From assembly GCA_050084985.1 (NCBI GenBank), contig JBITNC010000001.1, positions 94,364,001-94,428,000 of the forward strand: a DNA stretch of 64,000 nt. Direction: 5' to 3'. The translations under genes and the position numbers were made by a program. The notes beneath the pieces were generated by a model. The model worked only from the letters and a program-made list of their open reading frames with translations. It did no database searches and was not told the DNA's origin. This DNA comes from Nageia nagi. Taxonomy: Eukaryota; Plantae; Pinophyta. Shown one piece after another: positions 23,401 through 35,264 of the stretch; the first letter of the stretch is position 1, and each line of letters begins with the position of its first letter.

Positions 23401-26400
23401 ATCTTTTGTGCCATTTTGAGGTATGAAGCAATCATGGGATCAATGCAAAAAGGTATGAAAGCAATTTTGATTTTTATGAAAGTAGTTCAATAACTTGGCA
23501 TAACATTGACAATGAGAAGTAGACATGGTTTAATTTGGATAAGGGATCGAGGAGGTTTGAGTTTGACTCCCAAACCAAACCTTTGGAGAAAGGAATTCAG
23601 TTTTGGAGATGATCTAATTGGAGAGGCAATCATTCATGCATGTGAGGTTATTATGGGTGGGAACAAGGAACAAATGGTTCAACAAAAGGATTCCATTAGA
23701 ATCTTAAAGACTATTGCATTAGGGTTGAATGGTGGAGTTGTTGATGTGACTACCAATGGGATCAAAACAATGTTGAGGAATGAAGAAATTCTTGGAGCTA
23801 CTAGTTCTTCCATAGAAAAAGTATGCCTAATCCTTCTAGAGAAAATTTTCTTTGTCATCCTAAAATACAATTCATATCAAATGAGCATAGTATTGTTGGA
23901 GACAATGATGTTGTAAAAAATGTTGGGGAAGAAGAAGACAAAACCATTGTTGTTTCATATCTAGGTTTTGGAGATTGTCCCATATGAAAGTTACAAAATG
24001 ATGCAAAGGTTGTTGTTGAATATGGATTTGAAAAAGGTGATGGGGATTTAAGTATTGATGAAGGATCAAGGATTATCTTACATCCAAATAAGGATACCAA
24101 ATATTTTTTGGGGATGCAAGTGATGTCATGTAAGCAACCATAATGTCTATTGTTGTTGCCACACAATGGACAACCAAACACATGGAGTTTGATACTAGTG
24201 TTGTCACACAATGGATTGCCAAATGCATAGAGTTTGAGGCTGTTATTGTTGCATTTTTAGAGGTTTATTTGAGCATTGTTGTTCTTCTACCATGAATTGT
24301 ATACCTTACATATTTTAGGACTACATTTATGCCAACTTTAAGGGGTAATATATTGACAAATAGGGCATTAAATGTAAAGGTCTTTGTTATGATATTTGGG
24401 ACTATTTTTGGGCTACCAAAGGCTGTGTATTGCGTCAAACCTAAAAATCCATTATTTGCTATGTTTGGAAGGGTAAAAGGAGTTGCCACACATACATATT
24501 TCTAGTTTTTTCAAAGTTTAGTGTATGGGCTGAGTTTGCACATTTTAGAAGGTGTGAGGGAGCATCCCATATGATAAACAAGATTGTTTGTAAAGATAAT
24601 TTTATCTAAGATTTGATGGAGGTGTTTGAAGAAGGATGTCTAGATTTGAGAAGACCTTGGTGAAATGTGGGGCACCAAGGATAATCATGTACAACCATTA
24701 GGAAGGACGTTCACCTTCTTGAACATCACTTGTATTATCTTAAGATTTGGATCAGCCATGATGACATTAATGGAAGAATGCTTGTTGATAACAAGTAACT
24801 AGGGATTATAACATGGTAAATTTGGAGACTGCACTTTTGGTTTCAATGGGAGTAATGCTTGAGAGGATAATAGGGACTATAATGATGGGATGTTGGGCTA
24901 CATGCTTCATGATGATTGGGACTCCCCATATTGTCATACTTAGGATAGTTTCTCCTAATTTTTTTGACACTACCATAATGCTTGAAATTACACACTTGAT
25001 AGAGATTGAGGAAGTGTCCTTCATGATGAATTTCAAAGTAGTATTTTATGAGCATGGATTAGTAGAATTCATGATTGTTTATTTACAATACATAAAAGAT
25101 GACCAAGATGTAGTGAAGATAGTCTTTCATGTGATACTTGCAACATGTATAGATTTTGATGTTACCCTTGCATACTTGTTTGTTCTTGGTAAGGAAAAGA
25201 GAAAATAACTTTAGAATGATGGATTCACAATTAGAGTTGTGCAGTCAAAGCATGGAAAACATACTCCTTTGATATTGTTTTGGGACCCTAGGATCATAAT
25301 GAGATTTATCTTGATGTTAATGAGATGGTGTTGGCATTGCTTGAGGACAAGCAATTTTGAGAGGGGCAAACTTGTATTGTTCCAAATTTTGATAAGTTAT
25401 ATAAAATGATTAACTTTTTGTAGAGGTCCTAGATTGTCAATTTATCTTTTGGAATGGATAAATAATCTTGTGACAAATGTTTTGACAAGTTATATGACAT
25501 GGTTCCATCAAGAGATAAAATAAATGTATTTTGAAGTTCGCTCCTTGGCCCATATTTCTATAGTTGTGAGCACGAAAATTTACAATATTCTTCCATTAAT
25601 GGGGAGTGCTTTATGTGATGTCCCTTTTTTAGGGATATGAATTAATAATTGATTGTATATAGGAGTAAGCTATGTAATTAGGAAGCTTTATGTACCTTTT
25701 GATGATAATGAATTGTGATAAGATTAATTAATGTGATCTCAGGATAGGAGACTCATGGGTACAAAGGACCAATTATGAGCCCTAATATGGGCTTCTCTTT
25801 GCTTGAGCTACTTAGAAGTGTTTACTAATATTTATATGTATTTCATGCATTGTATTTGATTATTGGGATCTTGAGGAGTGATTGTTGGGATCTCAAGGAA
25901 CTTATGGATGAGATGCCTAGCTTTGCATGATTCCATGGCAAGATCTAAGCACTTAGCTATATAAAAGAATGGCACATCATTTAGGAGACATCTTGGTTAT
26001 TCATTCATCCACCTCTTGGACTTGGATACCAACCATTACCACCTATTGGATCGGGCAACCTAATCAAGCTCTTTTTTCCCTAAGGAGGATCATAAGCCCC
26101 ATCAAGCTTTTGTGCCCTTGGTGGAGCCTCATTAAGATCCTTCCAAACTTTGTGAAGACTTACAACATTCAAATTTGAGAGATAGGATCCCTAGCAGTTT
26201 GACATCAACCTTTGGGAGTGACTTGGAGTGCATTGGAGCATCAAATATGATCAATAAGCTAGATGTTTAGCCCTTCTTCCAATTTAGGAAAGTTCATCTA
26301 GCCTTAGAGGCCACATTGGATGCTTGTTTGAGCATTGTGTTGATTTAAGCAATAAATAATTCATATCTAGTTTCTTGGCATCCATATTTTGGTGTTTTTT

Positions 26401-27380
26401 TGAGTTTCTTGATGCAATTTGTATAAATTTATAATTTAGAACATTAAATTGTCTATTCTTAGAGGTTCAACATGCATAATCTCCTTGTTAACACCTCTTA
26501 TTTGGCATGAAGAAATGATATTTATTGATGGTATAACTTCTTCTATTTGTGTGACCTTCCTCATTTTGGGCATTGGTTCCTTTTGATTGTCAAGGCACAA
26601 TATGGAAAAATGCCCTTGTTTTGTACAAGAAGATATAAAGGGTATATGCTCATACTCAATCTCTTCTTTCCAAATTCCAAGTTCTAAGACTAAATTAATG
26701 GAGTACATGGGTTTCTTCCATGTCAATGGTGACAAAAATCCTTGCATACAATACCAATTGAGATTTTGACATGGTCACCACGTCAATTGTTACTGAATCC
26801 CTAACAACTTAGGTTATTAGTAGAAAAATCTCATTATGCCAATACTAGAAACGAAGATAAAGGAAATGAATCCAAACTAATGCTATATTGATACTTTGAG
26901 TATTCAAATAAAATTCTAGTCCCCATTTTTGTAGAAAGAGTCCATGCTTTCCAAAAACATGGACCTTATACTAAAATACACCTCAAATTAGCCTCCAGTG
27001 GGAGTTTCACCTTGAAAAAATCATTGGTCATTTTTTGAAATTTTGATATGACCCTAAGGCTACCATTTGGAGCTTGCCTAAGGGTTAATAGTGTTGATGT
27101 CTAATAATCACCCCAAAATTTTCTCTACCAAATTATTTCCTCTATGAGCCATGATAATATTCAAGAGATGCTTGGGGAAATGAAGTTTCCCTTCATTTGG
27201 AACTAAGGTTATCTAGCAAGGTGGCTTCACAAAGTACTCATATCCATTATGTACCACCTTGGCCCAATATTTTGTATCTAGTTAAAGGAATCAATGCCAT
27301 TGTTTTCCCTAGGGGGTACATGACATGATCCTTGGTCCATTTGCTTGACCCTACCAAGGTCCTTGTCCTCCATGAAGTTG
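20443..27380 (-). mobile_element. L1-clade element with ORF1 (DUF4283 plus zinc knuckle) followed by a short 3' end and A-tail; split by the gypsy at 21120-26448
   Basis: VWIHF, ARIFVTIDM and IEYEHIPFISSCTKQGHFSILC in 26454-27380; the frame continues in 20700-21119. The minus-strand 3' end reads AATAAAAACTATTTTTTTCAAAAAAAAA at 20443-20470. No ORF2 seen. Confidence 0.7.
21120..26448 (+). mobile_element. Non-autonomous gag-only Ty3/gypsy LTR element, 5.3 kb
   Basis: LTRs 21120-22371 and 25373-26448 with 16-bp inverted ends (consensus TGTAATGTTCCAAATT / AATTTGGAACATTACA). TSD TTGTC (21115-21119 and 26449-26453). Degenerate PBS CGACATCAAAGC; chromovirus-style CTTGAGGACAAG...GAGAGGGG before the 3' LTR. 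Gag remnant LIALRQRDSLEAYIEEF...EGL...PTSLQGAI at 22620-22950. No pol. Confidence 0.9.
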
Positions 27381-27384
27381 TAAA

Positions 27385-27690
27385 CACTACACCAAAAAAG
27401 GATTTTCATGATTAATTTGCACCATCATAAAAGGCTTTTGATAAAAGTTATTTAGTAGTTGTCTATGAGGGTTTCGTTAAAAATTCAACACCATACTATG
27501 ATGGTTAAGCAAATTACTGCAAAAGATTACCTTAGTTTATCCTTATGAAGGTGATTTATGGCCATCATTTTAAGATATTTTACAATGGTCATAAATCATG
27601 CTCATAGAGTATATTATGATGATTTTTAGTGACCCAAAACAAAGATTTTAAATCACTGCTATATTATTCCTTTTTAAAAATATATATAAA
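27385..27690 (+). mobile_element. Orphan CACTA (En/Spm) terminus
   Basis: CACTACACCAAAAAAG followed by short degenerate subterminal-like repeats. No partner TIR found in the window. Confidence 0.45.
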
Positions 27691-27699
27691 AGGTTCCCT

Positions 27700-27840
27700 T
27701 TGATGTCAAATGCTTTGAAGGATTTGTATGCTAAATTTAGGAATATACTATTTGAACAAATAGAATATGTTGGCATTAATCTTAATGATGTTACATTTAT
27801 TAATGTATTATTTACATGTAACCATGTAGTGTTGATTAAG
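27700..27840 (+). pseudogene. PLS-class PPR fragment
   Basis: SNALKDLYAKFRNI joined to LFEQIEYVGINLNDVTFINVLFTCNHVVL. Confidence 0.8.
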
Positions 27841-27844
27841 ATTG

Positions 27845-29308
27845 TGTAATATCTTCACTCGCTACAATCTTAACAATATTATATTATGAATAGACTATTT
27901 ATGATAATTAGATCTCCAGAGAAGGCTGATTCCTTATCCATTAGGCATAAACTATAAAGAACAATAACTAGAAAGAAAAAAAGGGGTAAAAATGAGAGGA
28001 ATAAAATAAAGAGATAAGAGTAATAAGGAATAAAGCAAAGGGGTGAATCACTAGTTTAGTGTAGGATTTCATAGTGTGTGAAACCTTGGCGAGAATCTAG
28101 TGTAGCAACTATAGAGCAAGCCTTCACTCTCTTAATTATTCCTCAGCATACACTTTACCATGTAGCAATTACAATTATTCCAACACATTGCTATTATTAT
28201 TCAAGAAACATTCATCAATTACCATAATGTAACCATATTAAGAACAATTGTAACAAGTGTTGGGAAAGAAGGGTCAATATAGTATCATATTGTTGGGAAA
28301 ATAAATGGTCTTTGAAAATAAATACAAAGGCAAATACTAAGGATCTTGCCCCATCACCTTATTACTACCTCTACTCATACATAAAGCAAAGTAACTATAA
28401 TGCAATTGAAAAGATCGAATGATTACATAAAATTGCCTCAATAGGCCTGATCTTCTTTTGTGAAGTCTTCTTGGTCAGTAGTTACATGTTTTGAATTTTT
28501 TTGACCACCTACATCTTTCTCGAAACCCTTTATAATGGTCTATAGCTTTGGTGGGGTTCTCTATAACTGTTTCTACTTCTATGGAAGTAAAAAGCTATTT
28601 TAGAAGTTTTTAGGTGCTACTCCTATGGTTCCAAAACATTATGACCTTTTTTGGGCATTTACTTTTATATCTGCTTCTCTCCTAGAGCTTTACAATCATT
28701 TTAGAGATGTCAGTTTGTATATCAGGCCTTTTTCTTCTTATTTCTTCTCTTGGGATTTGTGTTGAATCGAACTAGAATTACAAATGCTCCTTGATGATGT
28801 CACTTATCTCAGCTCAATGGTAAGAACAAAAATGGGATCTCCATACTCTGTAGTATTTCCTGTAGGGACCGCACATCCTCTTGATGTCATCATTTCTCTC
28901 TAGGTCTAGTTATAAGACAAAGATGAAACTCTACTGCTCCAGGTGATGTCACATTGAGAAAGGTCTTACACTTAGCCATTTTTACTCTACTTCTTCCCAA
29001 GGTTGCTAGGTCAAGCGAACTTTGGAATTTTGAATTCTTTGGATGACATCATCTCTCCTTAGGTTCAGAAGAAAGAACCAAAATAGGACCTCGTGCTTTG
29101 CAAATTCCTTTGATGACATCATCATCTCCTAGGTCTAGTGATAAGACAAAAATGAAACTTCGCTACTTTGCATGATATCATCTACTCCTGAATCCCTTTA
29201 TACTTAGCTTACTTTCATGTGAAAGACTCTAGAATCTCCACAACTAGAAAAGAATGCTTCAATACATTGAATACACTTCCGGGGTCCTCCCCAAAATGTA
29301 GAACTATA
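27845..29308 (-). mobile_element. Solo-LTR-like sequence with an internal degenerate repeat array
   Basis: TGTAAT...ACTATA ends, and repeats with TGATGTCA/TGACATCA cores at 28790-29190. It separates two PPR fragments. No TSD found. Confidence 0.45.
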
Positions 29309-29318
29309 TATAAGTATA

Positions 29319-29397
29319 CATGTAGGTTTAGTAAAAAAGGTCTATTAATACATCAAATCCATGAATGATTATTATCATATTACACCCATAATGGAAC
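29319..29397 (+). pseudogene. PPR L2/S2 fragment
   Basis: HVGLVKKG...KSMNDYYHITPIME. Confidence 0.8.
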
Positions 29398-29722
29398 TAC
29401 ATTATGCATGTTATTTATGAAACAACATTGCCCCCAAATTCCACATAAAGCAAGGTCTAATTGAATGCCTTGTTTTAATTTCTATAATCTACTATGAAAA
29501 ACTTGCACCTTACATGGAAGACATCTTCAAGATCATAAAAAAGGGTTGTTAGAAGTGATGTAGTGGCTATGACTTTGCTGATTATTAAATTTTGAAGGTT
29601 AATTTGTGATGAAGGGATATCAATTCAAGAAGAGTATGGTGGGGAATACACTGCATATTATGAGAGTTGTCATATCCAATTTATAAAGTAAAAATTACTT
29701 GCACTTGTGTCTATGTTGTTGT
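29395..29722 (+). pseudogene. KPNB1: Importin beta-1 (karyopherin beta) HEAT-repeat fragment
   Basis: NYIMHVIYETTLPP...IECLVLISIIYYEKLAPYMEDIFKI...IKF*RLICDEGISIQEEYGGEYT...FIK*KLLALVSMLL. Compare plant importin-beta DYIMRVVCEATLSP...FECLVSISSTYYEKLAPYIQDIF...IEFWSSICDEEIDILEEYGGDFT...FIKQALPALVPMLL. Confidence 0.9.
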
Positions 29723-29724
29723 AG

Positions 29725-29860
29725 ATTTTACGAAGAGCTAGATTATCTATGGTGATGAAAGAAGTATGATATGTTCCTGATATGAGATTTGTTCTACAAG
29801 ATATCAAGGAGGAAAAGAAGGATCACATTATTTACCACAATAGTAAGAAACTAGCAATTT
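29725..29860 (+). pseudogene. DYW cytidine-deaminase domain, N-terminal fragment of an RNA-editing PPR
   Basis: YEELDYL...MKEV*YVPDMRFVLQDIKEEKKDHIIYHNSKKLAI matches the GYVPD.RFVLHDVEEE.KE..L.HHSEKLAI consensus. Confidence 0.88.
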
Positions 29861-32499
29861 CCAATGAAATGTTTATACCAATGAAGCTAGAGAGGTGAAG
29901 AAGATGAAATATACATTAGAAGAGGAAAGAAATCACCTTTTCATCCAAGAATGCTCCAATGATGGATGTGTGAATCTTCCAAAATGATGTAATCCTTGTA
30001 AAAAAACCCCAAAATACATGCAAATATGATACTAATAAAAACTAAAACGCTTAATTTTCTCATTTGAAAACTTACTTTTATTTACTAAATGATATTTTCA
30101 ATGGGAATGGAAAGATGGACAATGTGAGCCCATCATCTAAGAGGCAAATGCCTAAGAATAAATACCCACCCCAACCATCAAAGGTGAGGCAAGAGGGTAT
30201 CCTAATACTTTCGTTAGATACATATATATCCATCTATGTAAATCAAGTACTATTATTAAGGACTAGTATTAAGAGTTAAACATGAAATATCAATTTCAAA
30301 ACTAACACTCAATAAAATAAACCTTCATTTTAACACATTACAACATGTATCCATGATTAGACTCTTAATCATATTCCCTAGCAACACTTGCATTTTCTCT
30401 CTTTATTTTTATTTTTACCAAATTATCTTCTTTTATTTGTCTGGCCAACTTTATACATATCCTATCTATAAATCTCAGTAAAAAATGCTATTCACGTGGT
30501 CATCACATACACATAAATTTAAGATTGAAATTTTAACATATGTTGTCAGAAAAGGATTGAGAGTGACTTGTAGAGGATCGCTGGTGGTCCTATTTTGCTT
30601 AGAAATGGATCATTCACGATCCTCTTCTTGAGGAATTTTGTGCTCAAATTTAAAGTACAAATTTTTACTACTAAAAAAAAGATCAAAACTAGCATCAAAA
30701 AGATAAAATTTCACACACACATGAACATAAATGTTTATATTGGGTCCCCTTAATGTGAGAGTACATCTAGTCTTGAAGGAGCCTTTCTCTTTTGTTATTG
30801 AATTAAGGATGAAGCTATAGCCACAATAGCCTAATGCTATGTCTCTTTTGGACACTCTTGCATCTTATTTAGCTCCAATGGTCTTTTTTGCTCCTCTCTT
30901 GTTCATCAAACTTAACTCCATAGAGTTATCAAATGCTTCTCAAGCCTCCCTATAAGTGACTCAAGAATATAATTTGGTTTTCACAAGTTCAAACATGACT
31001 CATGAATCTGATTATCTCCAATGGCTTCATCAATAGCCATGTTTCAAGCCTCTCTCCAAGAGACTCAAAAACTCTTAACCATATCACAAAAGAAGTATTT
31101 CATTTTGGTGACCTTCAATCTTGTCATTCATGATCCCATCTTTGTTCTCCCAATAACTTTTGGCTGAAAGACTCACAAGCTTCTTCACATGTGACAATGA
31201 ACTCTCTAGACTACCCACTATCTCCCTCTAAGAGTATAATGAGCATATGATATTCTTCATCATATGCATTACAAACATATAATAAGACTCATGTATATAT
31301 CCCTATAACATACAACATGTGACCTCACATTGATGCTCCCACTACATCTATGTGATCATTCCAATACATGAAGAATACAATGAGAAGAGCATAGAATGAT
31401 TCCTTTTGCTCATTTTACACTTTACAAATTTGAGAATAAAAAAAGAATGAAGTTCATGACTTGTACATATGCTATCTATGGTATGATCTACTCCACATGT
31501 GGTAGCATATAACCACACTAGTGAATACTCTCCTCTTACAATGCTTTTCTTTCCTACTTTTTACTTTCCTTTTTTTTTGTAATGAAGTCTCTCGAAGGAT
31601 AAAAGGTCACAACTGATGTCTTTTGGATTACATATGATGCTTCAACTTCCCCTTGAGTAACTCTTTATGCTTCACTTTTTGTTTTCCCCTTTCAAAAATG
31701 GGCTACTGGTAGTCTGTAGATGACTAGAATGGACCGCTAGCGATCCTCTTTCTATAAAGTCTAGTCACCTAATTTTGGGAATATGTCAGATTCCTTGTAC
31801 CAAATTTCTTGCATGGTTGATGTTGGTGATGCCCATCTCCATTTTTGATGATTTTTTTCTTTAAAATAGATTCTCAATTTTAGATCAATATGGTATCTAC
31901 TCTCCTCACTTCTAGATTGGTTGTCCACTATACCTGTAAGATGCTAGAAGATCTTGCTCAAGGGATGGTTTTCTCTTGATCAATCAATGAAGGTTTAGAT
32001 AAAGAATGCTCTTTTATACATACTCACATTTGTTTTGCAAGAATTTAAGCACACCTCTTCATAAGTAATTACAAAGATAGCAACAATTGAGATTCATTGA
32101 AGGCACACTATGCATATTATAAACTTAATTTCATTAAAGGAACAATATGCATATGATCTCATGGAGCCTCCCTATTATATATTGCTTGGACAATCACCCT
32201 CAAAATTTGTAGAATCATCAAACACCAATGGAGACCCAATCATTCTCGAATGAAGCTATGCGTAAATGCAAAATATAGTAATGCAAAATAACATATCATT
32301 CCAATTTCCATTTTGTAAACAATGTAAGTGTTTAAAAATGATTAAATTTAGGTTACTATTCAACCTAGTTGCAATAGTGACATGAAGGTTATTTACTTAG
32401 CAAACAAGTAGTTTTCTAGCTTCCTCATGTAGTGCATATATATGTAGGTATATATTTGTTCCCATTTGATCATCAACTAAAAATTATACAACATAATAC

Positions 32500-33130
32500 T
32501 TGGTTCTTTGTTCAATATATATATTCTTGCATAAGTAAGTTATCGGTCTAAACAATTGCAACATCCATAACATACTTTAATAAAATGGGTTTTAGTGTAT
32601 CTAAACACATAATGTTCATGGTAGTACTAGTGCAATATACTCATGTCATACTTGTAAAATGTAGTTTGGTGTAATATAACAACATCTTTACAATATTCAT
32701 GTAATTCTTGCATTACATATTATAAGAAGACAATATGATTGCAATATGCATGACATACTTGCATAGCATAGTTTTAATTTACATGACAATATCATTGCAA
32801 TGTTCGTGTCATGCTTGCATAGCCTAAGTTCAAAGTAACATATCATGTATGACAATACCCAATAATACTCATGTATAGTCTAAGCATCTAACAATTGCAA
32901 GACTCCATGATATCCTTGCATAATAGTATCATTGTAATGTTCATATCATTCTTGTATAGACTCAGTTTGAAATAATATAACATGTTTAATAGTTGTAAAC
33001 AATTTTCAAGTCACATTTGCATATTTAATAGTATCAATGCAATATATTTACATCATCTTAATAAATATGGTTTTATTGTAACATAACATGCATGATGATA
33101 CCAAGGAATATTCATCTCATATTTGCCTTA
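32500..33130. repeat. Degenerate tandem-like array
   Basis: Recurring CAATATCATTGCAAT...CATGTCATACTTGCATA-type motifs at irregular ~50-70-bp spacing. Confidence 0.55.
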
Positions 33131-33139
33131 CTGATAATA

Positions 33140-33322
33140 TCCCAATGAATGCAATGATTATAGGGATAGGCAACATGCACAAAATGGACATGGTTTGGAT
33201 GCTTTCAAAGGTTTCTAAAAAATGCAATTGATTGTTTTAGACCATATTCAATAACCATTGTAAGTATTATGGATGTATGTGTAACTCTTGTAACTTTAAA
33301 ATGGGGCATGGAAATTCATAGA
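33140..33322 (+). pseudogene. PPR P/L-motif fragment
   Basis: NAMIIG..HAQNGHGLDAFKGF*KMQL...RPYSITIVSIMDVCVTLVTLKWGMEIH. Confidence 0.75.
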
Positions 33323-33327
33323 CAATG

Positions 33328-33562
33328 TTTGAGAATGAAATGGAAATGAACTACATTGTGTATGCTATTTATGAAACAACATTATCCTTAGATACTCACA
33401 TATAACAAGTTGCATTTGAATGCCTTGTTTCTATTTATTCAATATACTATAAAAAACTTGCACCTCACATGGAAGACATCTCCATGATCATAACAAACAC
33501 TATTAGAAGTGATGTAGAGGCAATATATTTGCAAGTTATTAACTTTTGGAGCTCAATTAGTA
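33328..33562 (+). pseudogene. KPNB1: Second importin beta-1 fragment
   Basis: FENEMEMNYIVYAIYETTLSLDTHI*QVAFECLVSIYSIYYKKLAPHMEDISMIITNTIRSDVEAIYLQVINFWSSI; overlaps the region represented at 29395-29722. Confidence 0.9.
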
Positions 33563-33603
33563 TATTAAAAAGATTGGAAAGACTTTGTCAATGCTACTCT
33601 TGC

Positions 33604-33682
33604 AATTCACAAAGGCTTAGAAAAATGTTTGCAAAGGTTAAAAAAACATTCACAAAGGTTAGAGCAACATTCACAAAGGCTC
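33604..33682. repeat. ~21-bp tandem repeat, about 4 copies
   Basis: Units resembling ATTCACAAAGGTTAGARCAAC. Confidence 0.75.
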
Positions 33683-34149
33683 CCCATCTTTTTGTGGTAC
33701 TAATATTTTGGTTTATTATTCATTCTTTGACTGCATGTTCTTAATAGCCTTCTCTACAATATTTTGAAATGCTAAAACCATCCATCATTCACACACCTAA
33801 TAATAATAAAAAAATATAAAGAAACTTATATACATCTTTAACGATGATCAAATACTCGTGTTGTTGCAAGCATTAAATTAACTCCACCAACCTCCATTGG
33901 CATGCGAGAAGCATTTCATCTCAATGACATCCAAATGAAAACAATACATTTCAAATAAAAACCTAATGCTTATGCAAGAATATGACATACTAATGCTAAA
34001 AATACCCTCATCAACGTTTCTTCTTGCTATTTCCTTCTAATTTACCTTAGCTATTTATGCAACATGGATGTAATAAATTGCTAATTAGTACATTTAGTTT
34101 TGAAAAACAAGGCAAGTTTTACCTTGAGGATATCCAATGTGTAGAAACA

Positions 34150-35100
34150 ATTTTACAAAACACTAAAAGCATTTTATTTAAGGACATATGTGGTATTAAG
34201 AGAGAACTTAAAGTATGAGAGGATATATAGTTCATTCTTGAAGCAAGGTTTTCTAAAGAGTAAGAGTGAGCCCATACTCAACATCCAAAGAGAAGGAAGT
34301 AGCATTTTTCTCTTGAGATTGTATATAGATGATATAATCTACACCAAAAGCTCTCTCCAACAATCAAGAATCAATTCAAAAAGTCCATGATGAAAGAGTT
34401 TCTGATGAAGGACCTTGGATCAATGAACTATTTATTTGGCAATGAAAATTTGCCAAAGATACACTCAAGAAATTCTACATAGAAATTCATAAGGCTACAC
34501 CTACAAAATATGCTTAAGGAGCTATTTTATCCAAGGATGATGATGCTCAAAAGTAAATAAAACTCACTTTCATAGCCTAATTGGAAGCCTTATCACCTTG
34601 ACTACTAAAAGACTTGATATAGCATATTTGATGAGTTTAGTGACCCTATATTGAATATTCTATGAGTTTAGTGAGTTGGTTTATGGTTGAATTTGCATAT
34701 TTGATGAGTTTAGTGACCATGTTTATGCTTGATCCTTCTAAGCTTGATTTGTAGGTAATGAAACAAATATTTAGTTATGTGAAAAGTAGTTTGGAGTTTG
34801 AGATTAAGTACTCTTATGCCTCTAATCTTTTATTAATCAATGGATGGTTTTTGATTGAGAAGAGAGTTTGGATGATGGAAAATTAACTTTTGATATTTAT
34901 TTCTTTGAACTACAATTTGGTTAGATGAAGGTAATTGTGTCTCTCTTAAACAAAGGCAAAGTTTGTGGTAGCCATAATAGTGACAACTCAAGCCTTGCAA
35001 GTTGGATTCCTATGAAGTATTATTAAGTACCACATCATCATAACTAGCACCATTAGAACAAATTCAAAGACAATAATGTAGATGTGTGTTCAATCAATGA
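34150..35100 (+). mobile_element. Highly decayed copia RT/RNase H fragment
   Basis: SKSEPILNI...LYIDDIIYT, MMKEFLMKDLGSMNY, SLIGSL. Confidence 0.7.
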
Positions 35101-35264
35101 CTTCACAAAAATGATAACTATTCTTTGTGTAGTTTTTGTGGGAAATTTAAATCCATATTAAACTCACTTAAATGTAGTTGCTTAGTCACTACTTTCTATT
35201 ATAATGTTATTGCACCTTTCTTAGGTATGATTTAAATATTTCAAAATGAATATAGAAAATTATG

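Noticed and set aside
27823-27831. CATGTAGTG as the partner CACTA TIR
   Set aside because: It lies within the PPR ACSHAG-type codons and does not extend to match the TIR at 27385.
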